Shown piece by piece: positions 1 through 14,345 of a stretch of DNA of 64,000 bases. Numbering within the stretch: the stretch's first letter is position 1; every line of letters begins with the position of its first letter. The stretch spans positions 39,308,001 to 39,372,000 of the forward strand of contig OX597818.1 in NCBI GenBank assembly GCA_951406725.2. Direction: 5' to 3'. The position numbers and the translations under genes were made by a program. Under the pieces are notes generated by a model. It was given only the letters and a program-made list of their open reading frames with translations. It did no database searches and had not been told where the DNA came from. Origin of the DNA: Octopus vulgaris (Eukaryota).

Positions 1-47
1 TATTTTACTCTTTCATTTCTTGATATTTTAATTTTCTTACCTTCCAG

Positions 48-167
48 GATGTGCTAACTTATTCTATCATACAAACCAGTGATTGTCAGAAGTATTTCTA
101 CATAAAACCAAGTACAGGAGAGATATTTGTACGAGAAGTGTTACCATCTACAAATAGAACATTTGAT
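48..167 (+). CDS. cadherin gene exon 1 in window (120 nt, phase 0/0)
   Basis: ttccag|GAT...GAT|gtaagt; [40 protein letters not shown]. Confidence 0.9.
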
Positions 168-3100
168 GTAAGTACAGATTCAGATCAAGATCTATCTAAA
201 CCTTAAATATGTTTTGTAGGTGTATGTGTGTGTATGTGATAAATTTGTCATGTTTTACTGTCCTATAAGTCTATTTGATTTATTTCGTAGAACTCATTTA
301 AAAACTACATTATTTTACCTACAGATTGTAATGTGTGCTGTTGAGAGACCCTATATGTAGTGTGATCTGTTAGAAATATCAACTAAATCTTCTTCAAATC
401 ACTTCCCATTGTCTTCTGTAAAGAAAATTTTACATAATATAGTTCTGCATATCCCTAAGTAGACAAGATGATTAAGGCTAGAAAGCCTTAGATTATAGGT
501 TTGTCTAATCAGATAGTATTTTCTTTTTTTATATGCCCAGGCCTATTCCCCATTTTTTTTAGGAGTGGGTAGCCACAAGACACACACCAGGTATTCCATT
601 CATTTTTGAGCTCAAAGAGGTGGGCCCTGTGCTATGCTCAGGTCAGGTATAGAACACAACCTCCAATATCAGCAGCAGGGCCCGACAGCATATGCTGGTT
701 TACTCCTGCCACATCATGCTGGTTCCACACCCCTTGAGTAACATCAAATTCACTCATCCATTCACAAACACTCTCCAAGCTTTCCTATCAGTTATAAACT
801 CTCTTGCCTCTCTCATTCCAACATCTCTAACCACCAAAGCCTTCCTCACTCCATCCATCCACACAAACCAAAATCTACCTCTGGTTCTGCTGTCTACCAC
901 TTCTGCCTTTATTACCCTCCTTACTATCTGCTCCTTATCCATCCTCTCCATGTGGCCAAACCACCTCAACATTCGTCTATCCATTTTAGTGTTAGTTTTT
1001 CTCTCATTCCTGCTCACCTTTGCACCTCCTCATTCCTCATCCTGTCCATCCATGCCACACCAACCATAGCCCTCAGACATCTAGTTGTCTCCTTTCTACC
1101 TTTCTTAGCCCCCACATCTCTGCACCATATAACATTGTCGGCACAATCACACCTTCATACACACCATTTTTGCTTTCATACTCAACCTTTTATCTCTCGG
1201 CATACCTTTCAAAACTCCAAGTATCTTACTCTCCTCCCTCACTCTGTATCCCACTTCTTCAGCCAACCCCCATTCACCGTCACTTGTAATCCCAGATACT
1301 TAAAACCACTCACCTCCTCTAACATTTTGCCATTTATACTCACATTTATCCTACCAGCCATTCCATCTCTCGAACATCTCATCACTTTACTCTTAGCTAC
1401 ATTCACTTTCAGTTTCCTCCTCTCACACCCTCTTCCAAACTCTGCCACCAGTCTCCCCAGTTGCTTTTCTGAATCCACCACCAGTGCTGTATCATCAGCA
1501 AACAACAACTGACTCACCTGCCATTTCTCTCCATTTTCTCCCACCATTTGGGCTCCCCTACCAAAGGTTCTAGCATTTACCTCTCTCACCACACCATCCA
1601 TATATAAATTAAACAGCCCCAGAGACATTACACAACCCTATCTTAACCCCACCTTCACATCAACCTACTCACTTACTTCCCCACCTACCCTAACACATGC
1701 CCTACTTTCTCTATAAAACCTCTGAACAGCTCTCAACAATCTACCATCTACTCCATACAACCGCAACACCTGCCACATTGCATCCCTATTCACACGGTCA
1801 TATGCCTTACCTAGGTCCATAAAGGCCCAATACACCTCCTTCTCTTTTGCAAAAAACTTCTTACTATAAATATTGGATCTGCACACTCACTTCCACTCTT
1901 AAAACTGCACTGCTCCTCCCCTAGTACACTCTCTATCTGGTTCCTCACCCTTACAATCAGAATTCTCCCCTACAGTTGATCAAACACACACAACAGACTT
2001 ATACCCCTAAAATTTCCATGCTCACATTTATTCCCCTTGTACAGTGACACTATACAGGCACTACACAGTGGCACTATACAGGCACTACACAGTGGCACTA
2101 TACAGGCACTACACAGTGGCACTATACAGGCACTACACAATGGCACTATTCAGGCACTACACAGTGGCACTATACAGGCACTAGACAGTGGAACTATACA
2201 GGCACTAAACAGTGGCACTATACAGGCACTACACCGGTCCTTTGGTACTCTTCCCGCCATATAACAAGCATTCATAAGCTTCACTAACCATTCAGTTATT
2301 GTCATTCCTCCTGTCTTTAGGCATTCCACTGTACACCCATCTTTAGCTGGTGCCTTGTTGTTTGCCATCTTCTGCAAGGATTCCCTCACCTCCTCCCTTC
2401 CAGCTGCACTGTAGATCCATTTCCCAACAACTAGCATTCTCCTCTCTCCTCCTACAGTGGTTAATCAGATTGTACCTGAAGTTAAACAATGCCAACAACA
2501 ACCTTAAGTGTTGTTTCCATTAAAAGATTCTAAATAGTAAGCAATCTAAGCTTGAAATATATATTCATTCTATTAATAAATTATTTCATATATATGTCTT
2601 TGTTTCCTTATCTATATAAAGCTTCAAACATATGCACAAATATTAAAAAAAACATCTGTATGCATTTTATATATATACATATGTATGTATTTGTATATCT
2701 TTCCTCATTCTGTATATTTGTCACTTAATAAGTTTTTTGCACACTTGGAGTGGTCGGCGTTAGGAAGGGCATCCAGCAATAAAAACCATGCCAGATCAGA
2801 TTGGAGTCTGGTGCAGCTTGCCATCTCTGGTCAAACCGTCCAACCCATGCCAAAACAGACACAGAAGCATGGTGCAGTTTTCTGCCAGGCCAGCACCTGT
2901 CAAACCATTCCACTCAAGCAGCATAGAAGGAGGACATTAAACGATGATAATGATGATGATGATGATATATATATATATATATATATATTTATAGCTATCA
3001 CTTGAAGTCCAGATGAGGAGACAGATAGTGATGACGTGGTTGTACAGTTAACAAATTTGCTTTTCAACCACATAGTTTTAGATTCAGTCCAACAATGTGA

Positions 3101-3206
3101 CACCTTGGGCAAGTGCCTTTTACTATAGACTCAGGTCAACCAAAGCCTTGTGAGTGAATTTGGTAGAAACAGAAAGAAGCTCATCATGTATATAAGTGTG
3201 TGTGTG

Positions 3207-3238
<32 letters not shown>

Positions 3239-6200
3239 TGTATGTATGTATGTATGTATGTATGTGTGAGTGTATACACGTCTGTGTTTCCTTGAATTCA
3301 CATCAAGTGATAGACGTAAATGAGTATCATGGCCATAGAAGCAGTGTCATTTCTTTCCAATACTCTAAGAACATGACTGGCCATGGAGAAAATACCTTGC
3401 TTGGAAACAGCTGAGAGTTGGTGACAAAAAGGGCATCTGGCTGTAGAAAATCTGCCTTAATAAACTACAAAAGTGAATGCAAAAATGAGGAGGTGGCGGT
3501 GGCGGAGGAGGAAGAGGAGGAGGATCTGTGTGTGCGTGTGCGCACGAGTGTGTGTGTGCACGTGCGAGTGTATGTGTGTGTGTCCCAACCTATTTAGGTT
3601 AATTGCTGCTCAGCTTATATGGTATGGATTATTCAGATAGGGTAGGTTCTAACTTGTTTTGAAAAATGTTAATTCCGAAATGTGATAAATAATCACTTCT
3701 TACCCTGTTTCTATCAATTCTTTCTTTTGCAGTGTATTATGAAAGTCAGTGATAATGGTTATCCACAAAGTAAAACCTCCAGTGTTAGTGTAAAAGTGAC
3801 TACAACAAACGACAATCGACCACCTGTTTTCTCGCAAAATAAATATTTTGCTACTTTGAAAGAGACTGTTCCCGTTGGGACAGTCATTGTTGGTGTCCAA
3901 GCTCTGCCACAGTTAAACACTGTAAGTGTTCTCTCGTTAAAAATGATAACGTGTATACCATGTAACATGTATACCGAACAATAACTTTTGTCATTTCATA
4001 TTCTAACCCTGAATGTTCTGTTTATTTTTTTTGTATTTTCCTTTTATTTTTATTTTATTTTTGCATTGCATGGAATGGAAAATAATGAGAAAATTCTGAA
4101 ATGTTGGCTAGTTTTGTTCAATTCTCATCTGTAATCCATTTTTTAATCAATGTGTACTTATATACCCAATTTCACTGTCTACTGAATTGTTCAGAGAACG
4201 TCATTCAAAATTCTGTTAATAGAAGCACAGACACATCTGTGTGATTAACAAGTCCGCTTATAACAATGTAGTTTCAGATTTGGTCCCACAATGTCAGACC
4301 TTCAAAAAATATACTCTACTATAGCTTCAATCTGACTGATGAGTGAATTTGGTAGGCAAAAAACTGTAAAAAGCTTGTCATATATATGCATGTGTATGTG
4401 TATATGTGCATGAATATGTGTGTGTGAGCAAATGTGTATGAATGTTATTTCTTATGTCATTGCTTAAGCAAAGCAGTATTGATGCTAATATTTTTTGCCG
4501 ATATCATGACCAATCACTCTGTACTTCCAAAGACTGACCTTTCTTCCACTTTTTTCTTTCCTATTTTCTTTTTACTTCTATATATTGTGGAAGATCTTAC
4601 TTCTTTTATTCAAAATATTAATACCTGAATTGTTAAGCGAATTATTCTAATCTTCATTCATCCGAAACTAATATTCTGGTTTAACATAATAACATCACTC
4701 CACTCGGAAAAAGTTGAAGGTAAAGTCTATCACTGCTCAACATGTAGATAAGAAATACTAATACATAACTCAATGTCAAATTATTAAGCTTTTAGTTATT
4801 TAATTAGCAAGCAAAAATGAAATCAATTGCAGCATGGAAGGTGTTTGTAAGCCATTTAAGAAACACACAAAAGCCGTTTGATTCACTTCAACATTTAAGT
4901 TTAATTTGTCAAAATATTTTCGTCGCTTTAAGACTGCGACCTGTTCACTGGATTTTTTGTCAGCGAACAGGTCACGTGTCTTAAAGCGACGAAAATATTT
5001 TGACAAATTAAACTTAAATGTTGAAGTGAATCAAATGGCTTTTGTGTGTTTCTTAAATGGCTTACAAACACCTTCCACGCTGCAATTGATTTCGTTTCAG
5101 CACACGATCTCGGATCAAATCACTTGCTATGCGAGTCAATCTCCAGAAATGAAATGTTTTATAGTAACACACAAACACCAATATGTTTGGTTATAAATCA
5201 ATATCCTAGTTTGTGCTCTAGGTGTACTCCTAATATATACAGCACTGACTGAGACTGTACAACACAGCATAAATAGAGATACAAACTTGACATGCTAGTT
5301 TTAATGGTGCCTCAAAACAAATGAAGGAAGGCAACACTGCCAAATGATTGCAAGATCTAGAGAGTCACTATCACCCTCTCCAGTCACTATATAACTTTAG
5401 ATAAGCCCATGCAATGTAATATTACACATTATGATCTAAAGTTATGATAAAATTTGAAAGTAAAAAGATTCTGTCATTTCATTAACCCTTTCATTACCAA
5501 CCCGGCTGAAACCAGCTCTGGATATGAGTATGTCTTGTTTCCATGGGTTTTAAATTAAAATCTTCCACCAAACCTTAGTCACAATTTATATTCCTATCAC
5601 TAGCTGAATGATAACTAAGTTATTTTACTAAATTCTTTGTTATATTTAAAGTAATTGAAAGAAACACAGAGCATCTCAAAATAAATACAGTAACGAAAGG
5701 GTTAAGAAAATATGAAACTAATTAAATGAATCAACTTTAATTATGTGCACACGACCCTTCTCGCCATTAATTCAGTTGAAACACACCAATGAAAAGAAAA
5801 GCAAAAGGCAGAAGATGTTCAGGCTGTAGCTCTTTCTTGTTCATTGGTTGCTTACTGAGGTCTAAGTCTTATGCAGATTGAATTTCGTGATCTCTCATAA
5901 AACAATTCACAGCTGCAGAAAATGTTATGAAACACTTCTTTTTACCTTGTTACTGTGACTCCAGTCAAGAACATGTTCAGTAAACTTGTCAGTGATTTCT
6001 GGTTACCTTGATGTTGTTACTGAGAAATTCAGTAGTAAGAATTCTTTCTAAAGTTAGTGACTCTGTGTTAATGCCTTCAAGCTCTTTTTGGACATGATTT
6101 TAATCCTTGATGTTCTCCATTCAACTTTTAAATATTTAGTGTGGTAATTGTTTTAGCATCAGAGATGAACTTCCATCCTCTACTTGGAATTGCAGGCCAT

Positions 6201-7810
6201 TTCTACAGATGATAGATAAAAAAAAAAAAAACGTACAATTTGAATGTATGTGTGAGTGTACATAATTTTTTATATGTTAGCATGCAATTTCTATAATATA
6301 TAAGGTGGGTGCTGAAAAGTTCCTGCCTTTGGGTAAAAGAAAATACAGGAAGATCAGTTAATTACGATTTTATTCAACATATTCCCCTCTCAGATTCACA
6401 CACTTATTGCAGTGGCCTTCAGTTTCTCTAAGCTCTGTAAAAAAACTCAGAAGGTTGGGCCTCCTACCAGGCCTTTCACGCTACCCTCAAAGCTGGGAAC
6501 TTTTTAACACCCTCTCGTAATGTTATCCCAATGAAAATGTCTCCATATAAAAAGAGGCTATAGTGAATTAGTGCTAAATTGAGTAGCACAAGTAGACTGT
6601 TACTATATTCAGATTTCGTTCCTTTCAGGATGTGGTACGCTACCGAGTGGTGGGAAATTATCCAGCTGAGTTATTCTTTCAAGTCAACAATGTCACTGGA
6701 TCTGTAACCACGAAAAAAGATCTTCGAACAGATATTTTGAGTACAACATCTTACACAGTGAGTTCTTTATCAGATTTATTTTGCAGTTAACAGCCAGCTC
6801 TAGAATGAGGAATTCTATAGTTTTCTGTATACTTTCTTTTTTTGTTTTGTTTATATGTATTTCATTTATTTATTCATATTATTTTTATTTATAAAATTTT
6901 TCTTTATAATGTTTGAGAAATTTTTGGTCAAATATGAAGTCAAGTAAGGTCATGCTTTTTCTCCAAGAACACAATAAACAGCAACCATCTGCCATTTTGA
7001 TTCTTATGAATATTTTAAGTATATATGAATTTATATATATATATATATATATATATACTAGCGGTATCAGCCGGCGTTGCTTGGGTTTGTTTTAACCCTT
7101 TAGAATTGAAATTTTTGAAAAGTAAAAATTTTGCATTATGTAGCTTGTTATTCTCTTTAAGTGAACATTTTTCGGGTTAAAATACACCGAAAAATGGTGA
7201 CACAGCAGTCAAAAAATCGTAAAAAATAGAGATTTTCATAGAAAAAAAGCACCTTTTTGATGTAAATAATTTTTGGTGTTAACATGGTCCGATTACAATT
7301 TTTTCTTCTACGGAAGGAAGAGCAAGCCTTCTTCTATCATACTCTCGATTTTGGTCAACTTGCGCTGCAGGGTCTAGGAGGTGATAGTGTTAGTTGAAGG
7401 CTACCAACCTGCCATACACAGACAACTTCAGCTTTATATATATATAGATGTGCAAAAGAGATGTGTCTCTATATTTTCGTGTGTCTATCTGTGGTAATAT
7501 ATGAGATGATGATGACAATGATGGTAATGCTAACAATGATGAGTGGTAACACGGCATTTGTAATGGTAATGATGGCGTCTAGCTAATATAGCTGACTACT
7601 AAACTTTTTGATGACTAAAGATGCATGCGTGTATGGGTATGCAAAAAAGTCGTATTGGATTATTACATTAGACCATGGTTCTGAATAGTGAAAATCTGAG
7701 AGCTTTGGTTTAAAACTATGTAATGGATTCACTATGATTATTGTATGTATACAGGCATATGTGTATGTGTGTGTGTGAGAGAGAAAGAGCGAGAAAGAAA
7801 GAAAGAGTGG

Positions 7811-7847
<37 letters not shown>

Positions 7848-10373
7848 GGAAAGAGAGAGGAAGAATTTTTATTCAATTAGTTGAGTCAATGTACGAGCTC
7901 CAAAACTGTTAATTGCCTGTAAGAAAACATCCAGTTTATATAGGTTTGTAGCAATCAATATCTGCATATTCTAACACATACATTATACACATGTCAGCAA
8001 TATATCAATAATAATCTAATGATATTTGGCACTATAAAATTATGTTTGCTTTAAGTCTTTAGCATTTAAACTGGCCATGTCTAATCTAAATGTTCTACCT
8101 GTTTCATGTTCAAGAAGTCCAGATCTGGCCTTTGACACCTATTCTACAATATTATTCTGAAAGTGGAGGCGCAATGGCCCAGTGGTTAGGGCAGCGGACT
8201 CGCGGTCATAGGATCGCGGTTTTGATTCCCAGACCGGGCGTTGTGAGTGTTTATTGAGCGAAAACACCTAAAGCTCCACAAGGCTCCGGCAGGGGATGGT
8301 GGTGATCCCTGCTGTACTCTTTCACCACAACTTTCTCTCACTCTTACTTCCTGTTTCTGTTGTACCTGTATTTCAAGGGGCCAGCCTTGTCACTCTGTGT
8401 GTCACGCTGAATATCCCCGAGAACTACGTTAAGGGTGCACGTCTCTGTGGAGTGCTCAGCCACTTACACGTTAATTTCACGAGCAGGCTGTTCCGTTGAT
8501 TCGGATCAACTGGAACCCTCGTCGTCGTAACCGACGGAGTGCTTCCAATCCATTATTCTGAAAATAAACAATCACATCATCAGGGTCTCAAAACTATGCC
8601 ACAATGTCTGATTAATTCAAAAAAATATAAATAAATAAGCATTACCATATTTTCTGGCATGCAAGTTAAATTTTCAGACCAAAATTTACTGCCAAAAAAA
8701 ATGATAGGTCAACTTATACACAAAGACAACTTAGGAGGACAAAAAATTCCATGAGAAATGCAACAGAATTTGGAAAGACGGTAACAATGTTTGAATGTTT
8801 ACACTCCATGTTTTTACTCTATGAGACCCCCTCCGGTCATAACTGACCGTGGGATTGCACCTAGAAAGTTACCCTTCCAGGCACAAGTTCGGGCAAGGTT
8901 GTTCATGGAAGACCAGCAGTCACCCATGCATACCGGCCTCCCTTCTCCATGCCACCAGTGTTATCCTTGGGAAAGGCAACAGCCGATACAGCTCGGCACC
9001 TGTGACATCGCAACTCATTTCTACAGCTGAGTGAACTGGAGCATTGTGAAATAAAGTGTCTTGCTCAAGAACACAACACGCAGCCCGGTCCAGGATTCAA
9101 ACTCACAACCTCACGATCGTAAGCTCGATGCTATAACCACTGAGCCATGCGCCTTCACTTTAGAGTTTTTACTCTATACTATGTTGAATTGTATGCCAGT
9201 AAATATAGTACATTTGGCAGTAATCTGAATGCTAAAGGTTTAAGCTTCAGAAACAGCAATAATATTTCAATACTACATGAATAAATTTTGATATTAACTG
9301 TATTGCAAATTTCTTCTTGTGTTTTAGTTAAAAGTTGAAGCATATATTCCCAGTCAACCAAATGCAGTAGCGACTACTGATGTTTTAATTACTGTCACCA
9401 GGAATGCTAATGGTCCAATCTTCAATCCACAAACTGCTTCTGTGGAAATACCAAGAGATTCCCAGCCTGGGATATATCTTTACAACCTTAATGTTACTGA
9501 TGCAGACAATGTAAGTTTTATTGCATATTCTATAACTAATAGTTTGTATATTAGGAAATGTAAACTAACTAGAAGTATAAAATGTATATAGGTAGTGAAC
9601 TGTTAAGTTGAGTTAATTTTTTGGCTCAAAAAGCAAAAGCAAGGCCATGTAGGGGTACATGGAGTTATGTACAGGGAGGTTGTTCTTGCAAAGAGTTCAG
9701 GCCATTTCTGGTCAAGAGAGACTTTGAACCGAGCGGTCGTCGGCATCTTCACTATCTCGTCCGGCAGCTTATTCCACGGATCCGCAACCCGGACGTGATT
9801 GCTAATGAAAACCTTGGAGAAGTTGTTGTTAAAGGTCTTCAGAAGAACTGGTAGAGTCATTTGAACAGTAGACTGAACACTCCATGCTCTGAGTTCAAAT
9901 CCTGTTATGGTTATCTTTGCAGACTGGAAACAGCCTAAGGATGGAGATTCCCCTTTTGCCCTTTAAGTCAATAAGATTTACCAACTGAACTGGTCTAAAG
10001 GAGATAACCAGTCCTGGCTAAAGCTCAAACAGTATTTTATTTTTTGTTTATAAATTAACTGACCATAATGGTTTCCTTCCTCCAGTTTGAAGGGAGGTTA
10101 TATGCCCTCCAACATTACAGTCTGTCAAGTCATCCATAGAGCTAAGCACTTTATGGAAGTGATACCATTGGTCACTCTATGACCAGACATATATTTAACT
10201 GAATGTATATTTATATAAGCAATAATTATAATGATAGAGAGTATGGAGACTGGTACATCTCCAAAATCTATTTCCTTTTATTTTACAATGTCATACACCA
10301 TATTTTTATAGTTATGACAACCTACATGTGTTTCCACTGAATTTGGTAGATGGAAGTTAAGTGGAAACCTGTA

Positions 10374-10407
<34 letters not shown>

Positions 10408-10568
10408 AAATATATAATAAAATATTAGGGAATAAATCCAAACTTACTTTTATTAAACTTTTAATAATTTTGATATATATTTAAAATAATATAAATTAAT
10501 TAATTTTATGTATTGGCTTAAGTTTTTCATTGTTTGATTTGCCTAATAGTGGTTTTATCTCTAATTTA

Positions 10569-10605
<37 letters not shown>

Positions 10606-13600
10606 CAGGCTTCCACTTAATTTCCATCTACCAAATTCAATAAGAAGGCATTAATTAGTCTGAGGCTATATCAGAAGATAATTGCTGAAGATGTACAAAG
10701 GCAACGAGCTGGCAGAAATGTTAGCATGCCGGGTGAAATGCTTAGTGATATTTTGTCTGTCTTTATGTTCTGAGTTCAAATTCCGCTGTGGTCGACTTTG
10801 CTTTTCATCGTTTCGGGATCGATAAATTAAGTACCAGTTGTGTACTGAGGTCGATGTAATCAACTTGCCCCCCTCCCCCAAAATTTCGGGCCTTGTGCCT
10901 AGAGTAGAAAAGAATTGCTGAAGATGTACATTAGGACTGAACCCAAAACTTCATGGTTGAAAAGGGAGCTTTTAAACCACACTGCCATGTCTGCCCTGAA
11001 TTTTTGTTCAAAATGATGAATTTTAATTTCTCTTTATTATTTTTATATTCCAGAATTTTATCACTTGTAAAATTGTAGGACAAACGGTTGCTTTGCAATA
11101 TTTTACTCTCGCACCCAAGAGCTGTATCCTTCAATTAAAAAGGAGTCTGTTGTTGGATTCACAAAATAATACACAATATGTAGTAAGTATTTTGGTGTTT
11201 TAGATACAGTGTAACAAACTTATTATATACTGTGATTTTATATTTACCAGATTTCTTGCATATCTTTCTGTTGTTCTGAATTTAACTCATGTGACAAGCT
11301 TAAAAGAATATAATTAGCCAAGCAGCTTTATCATTAGTTCTTAATGCTGAGTCTATTATATCATCTTTCATCTATATTTTAGCAGCTTAGCTGTTTCCAA
11401 GTATTAGATAATTGTCAATGAGTCAAGGGATCCTTTATGTGGTCACTCGACCTGCTGGAAATAGTAGTGATATCACCTTCAAATCATTCCTATGATCTTA
11501 AATAATAAATGGACATGTTGGATAATGTAATTTTGAGTGCACTATGTCTGAAAAAAGATGAGGTCGTCAGGGCTGGATTGTCTTTGATTATGGGTCTGCT
11601 AGATCAAATTTGACCAGGGGCTAACTAATAACAACAACAACAAAAATGATAACAACAATCACCATTTTTTAATTTTTTTTATTTTAGTATCCAAACTGAT
11701 TGTGCTATACAGGCTAATATATCAAATATGTCAAAACATGTCAACTCTTAAGTCTGTCAATTCTAGCAGGCTACAGCACTTCTGTAAAAACATTTGCGGA
11801 ATTAAGTGAAATACAAGGAACTCAAAACAGAGGTTTCAAAAATGTGGTATCTAAGAACAATTGTATCTGTGATCATCAGAGCTTTGGGAACAATACCAAA
11901 TGATACTCATAAATGATCAAATGCCAAGATACACCAAGGCATCAGAATGACAAAAAAGGCAGCGAGCTGGCAGAAACGTTAGCACACCGGGCGAAATACT
12001 TAGCGGTATTTTATCTGCCGCTACATTCTGAGTTCAAATTCCACCGACGTTGACTTTGCCTTTCATCCTTTCGGGGTCGATTAAATAAGTACCAGTTACG
12101 CATTGGGGTCGATATAATCGACTTAATCCGTTTGTCTGTCCTTGTTTGTCCCCTCTGTGTTTAGCCCCTTGTGGGTAGTAAAGAAATAGGTATTTTGTCA
12201 GCCGTTACGTTCTGAGTTCAAATTCCGCCGAGGTTGACTTTGCCTTTCATCCTTTCGGGGTTGATAAATTAAGTACCAGTTACGCACTGGGGTCGATGTA
12301 ATCGACTTAATACCTTTGTCTGTCCTTGTTTGTCCCCTCTGTGTTTAACCCCTTGTGGGCAATAAAGAAATAAGAAGCCCAAAAATTTATTCTCTTGGGT
12401 CAGTGCCCACATCAAAGACATTGACAACTTGAAAATACCTGATTCTCTAAAAACTCTTTCAAAACTGAAATATTATAAATTTAACAGATCCTTAGTTCAA
12501 ATTTTGATGCAAGGCCAGAATTGGAGAAGGGTGTTAGTTGAATATACAATAAAGATTACTATCACTAAGTAACATTTATCTCTTCAAAATTTTCTTAATA
12601 TAATGAGGATAATAGTGAATTTCAAATATTTAAAAAAAAATATTACTTTGTTTGAAACAAACTTGTTTCTTTTTTAATCTTTTTTTTTTTAATCTTAGAT
12701 CGAAGTGGAAGCCAGTGATAATGGAAAACCAGTTCCAAAGAAAAATATTGGAACAGTAATTGTGAATGTAAAACAAAATCCAGCAATAACTTTTACAAAT
12801 TTACCACGTCAAATTAATGTTCGCGACAATCTCAGTCGGGGCTCTATGTTCTATCAAGTAACTGTTTCAAATAACAATGTGGTAAGTATAAAAAAAGCTT
12901 TTCTAATCTTAAAACATTTGATTGAAATATAAGCTACATTGGATGGCCAGTTGCCTCAACACATTTCACTATCAAGAAGAACCACCAGGTCTGGAATGAT
13001 AAACAGGGTCTCTATGGAAGTGACCTTTGTAAGAGCTCAGTAGACAATTTATATTGCACTTTTATATTAACATATTTCTCCAATAGAGTCCCTGACTTCT
13101 GAAATAATTACAACACCGAATATCATAAATTACTGCATCTACACATCTCTCTAACTCTCCCTCGCTACCACCCTCCTTCCTCGCTCTCTCTCTCTCTCTC
13201 TATGTATATGTATATCATCATCATCGTTTAGCATCCGCATTCCATGCTAGCATGGGTTGGACGGTTCAACTGGGGTCTGGGCAGCCAGAAGGCTGCACCA
13301 GGCCCAGTCTGATCTGGCAATGCTACTGGACCGGCACCTGTGCAGGTGGCACATAAAAAGCACCATTTGAGCATGGCCATTGCCAGTACCATCTGACTGG
13401 CCCTCGTGCTGGTGGCACGTAAAAGCACCCACTACACTCTCAGAGTGGTTGGCATTAGGAAGGGCATCCAGCTATAGAAACTCTGCCAGATCAGATTGGA
13501 GTCTGGTGCAGCCATCTGGTTCGCCAGACCTCAGTCAAATCATCCAACCCATGCTAGCATGGAAAGCGGATATTAAATGATGATGATGATGATGATGATG

Positions 13601-14300
13601 ATGATGTATATATATATATTCTGTAAATAATAATTATAATCTTAAGCTTATAAGTGTTCCCTGTGTATTGACTATAGAAAATAATCCACTATTGGTGCAT
13701 ATAAGCCCTTGATGCTAAAATACGTGTATTAGCTTATGTGCTTAAGCTGATAACTATTATTTTTCACTTGTCACCATTTAGCACAGAATACACACTCACA
13801 CACACACATGCATCATCATCATCATCATCATTATCATTTTACCCTCCAATTTTACATGCTGAAATGAGTTAGATGGAATTTGGTGAGGTGGATTTTTCTA
13901 CAGCTGGATGTCCTTCCTGTTGCTAACCCTCACCTGTTCCCAAGTAAAGTAATATTCACCTACTATAAGACATGTTTTCACAAAAAATTGGAAATGGACA
14001 CCACTTGCATGAGGGCGACACTTGCTTACAATTGTCAGGTGATGTCAAGGCAAGAAGACAGTATCAGACACATACATATATACACACAGACAGACGGACG
14101 GACAGATAGAATGAGCTTCTGTCAGTATTCATCCACCAAATCCTCTGAAAACTCCTTTTTTTTTTTTGGTAGAAAGCACTTGTCTAAAGTGCCATGTAGT
14201 GGGACCAAACCCCAAACCATGCAGTTGGGAATTAAACAGCAATGCCTGCATCATGTGTATTGTGTGTGCATGTGTGTGTGTGTGTGTGTGTGTGTGTTTA

Positions 14301-14345
<45 letters not shown>

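Noticed and set aside
692-1512. Plus-strand ORFs of 89-186 aa
   Set aside because: They are antisense shadows of the minus-strand RTE LINE.
2041-2232. Regularly spaced repeats suggestive of a CRISPR array (also 52751..52937)
   Set aside because: They are head-to-tail tandem units with no unique spacers, in a eukaryotic intron with no cas genes.
4800-5196. Two opposite-strand ORFs encoding near-identical peptides
   Set aside because: They are a by-product of the DNA palindrome; there is no coding or splice evidence.
8163-8240. tRNA-like sequences with A and B boxes (also about 15905, 16060, 19324, 30156)
   Set aside because: They are heads of multi-copy SINEs with bodies, tails or TSDs; no complete cloverleaf or terminator was seen.
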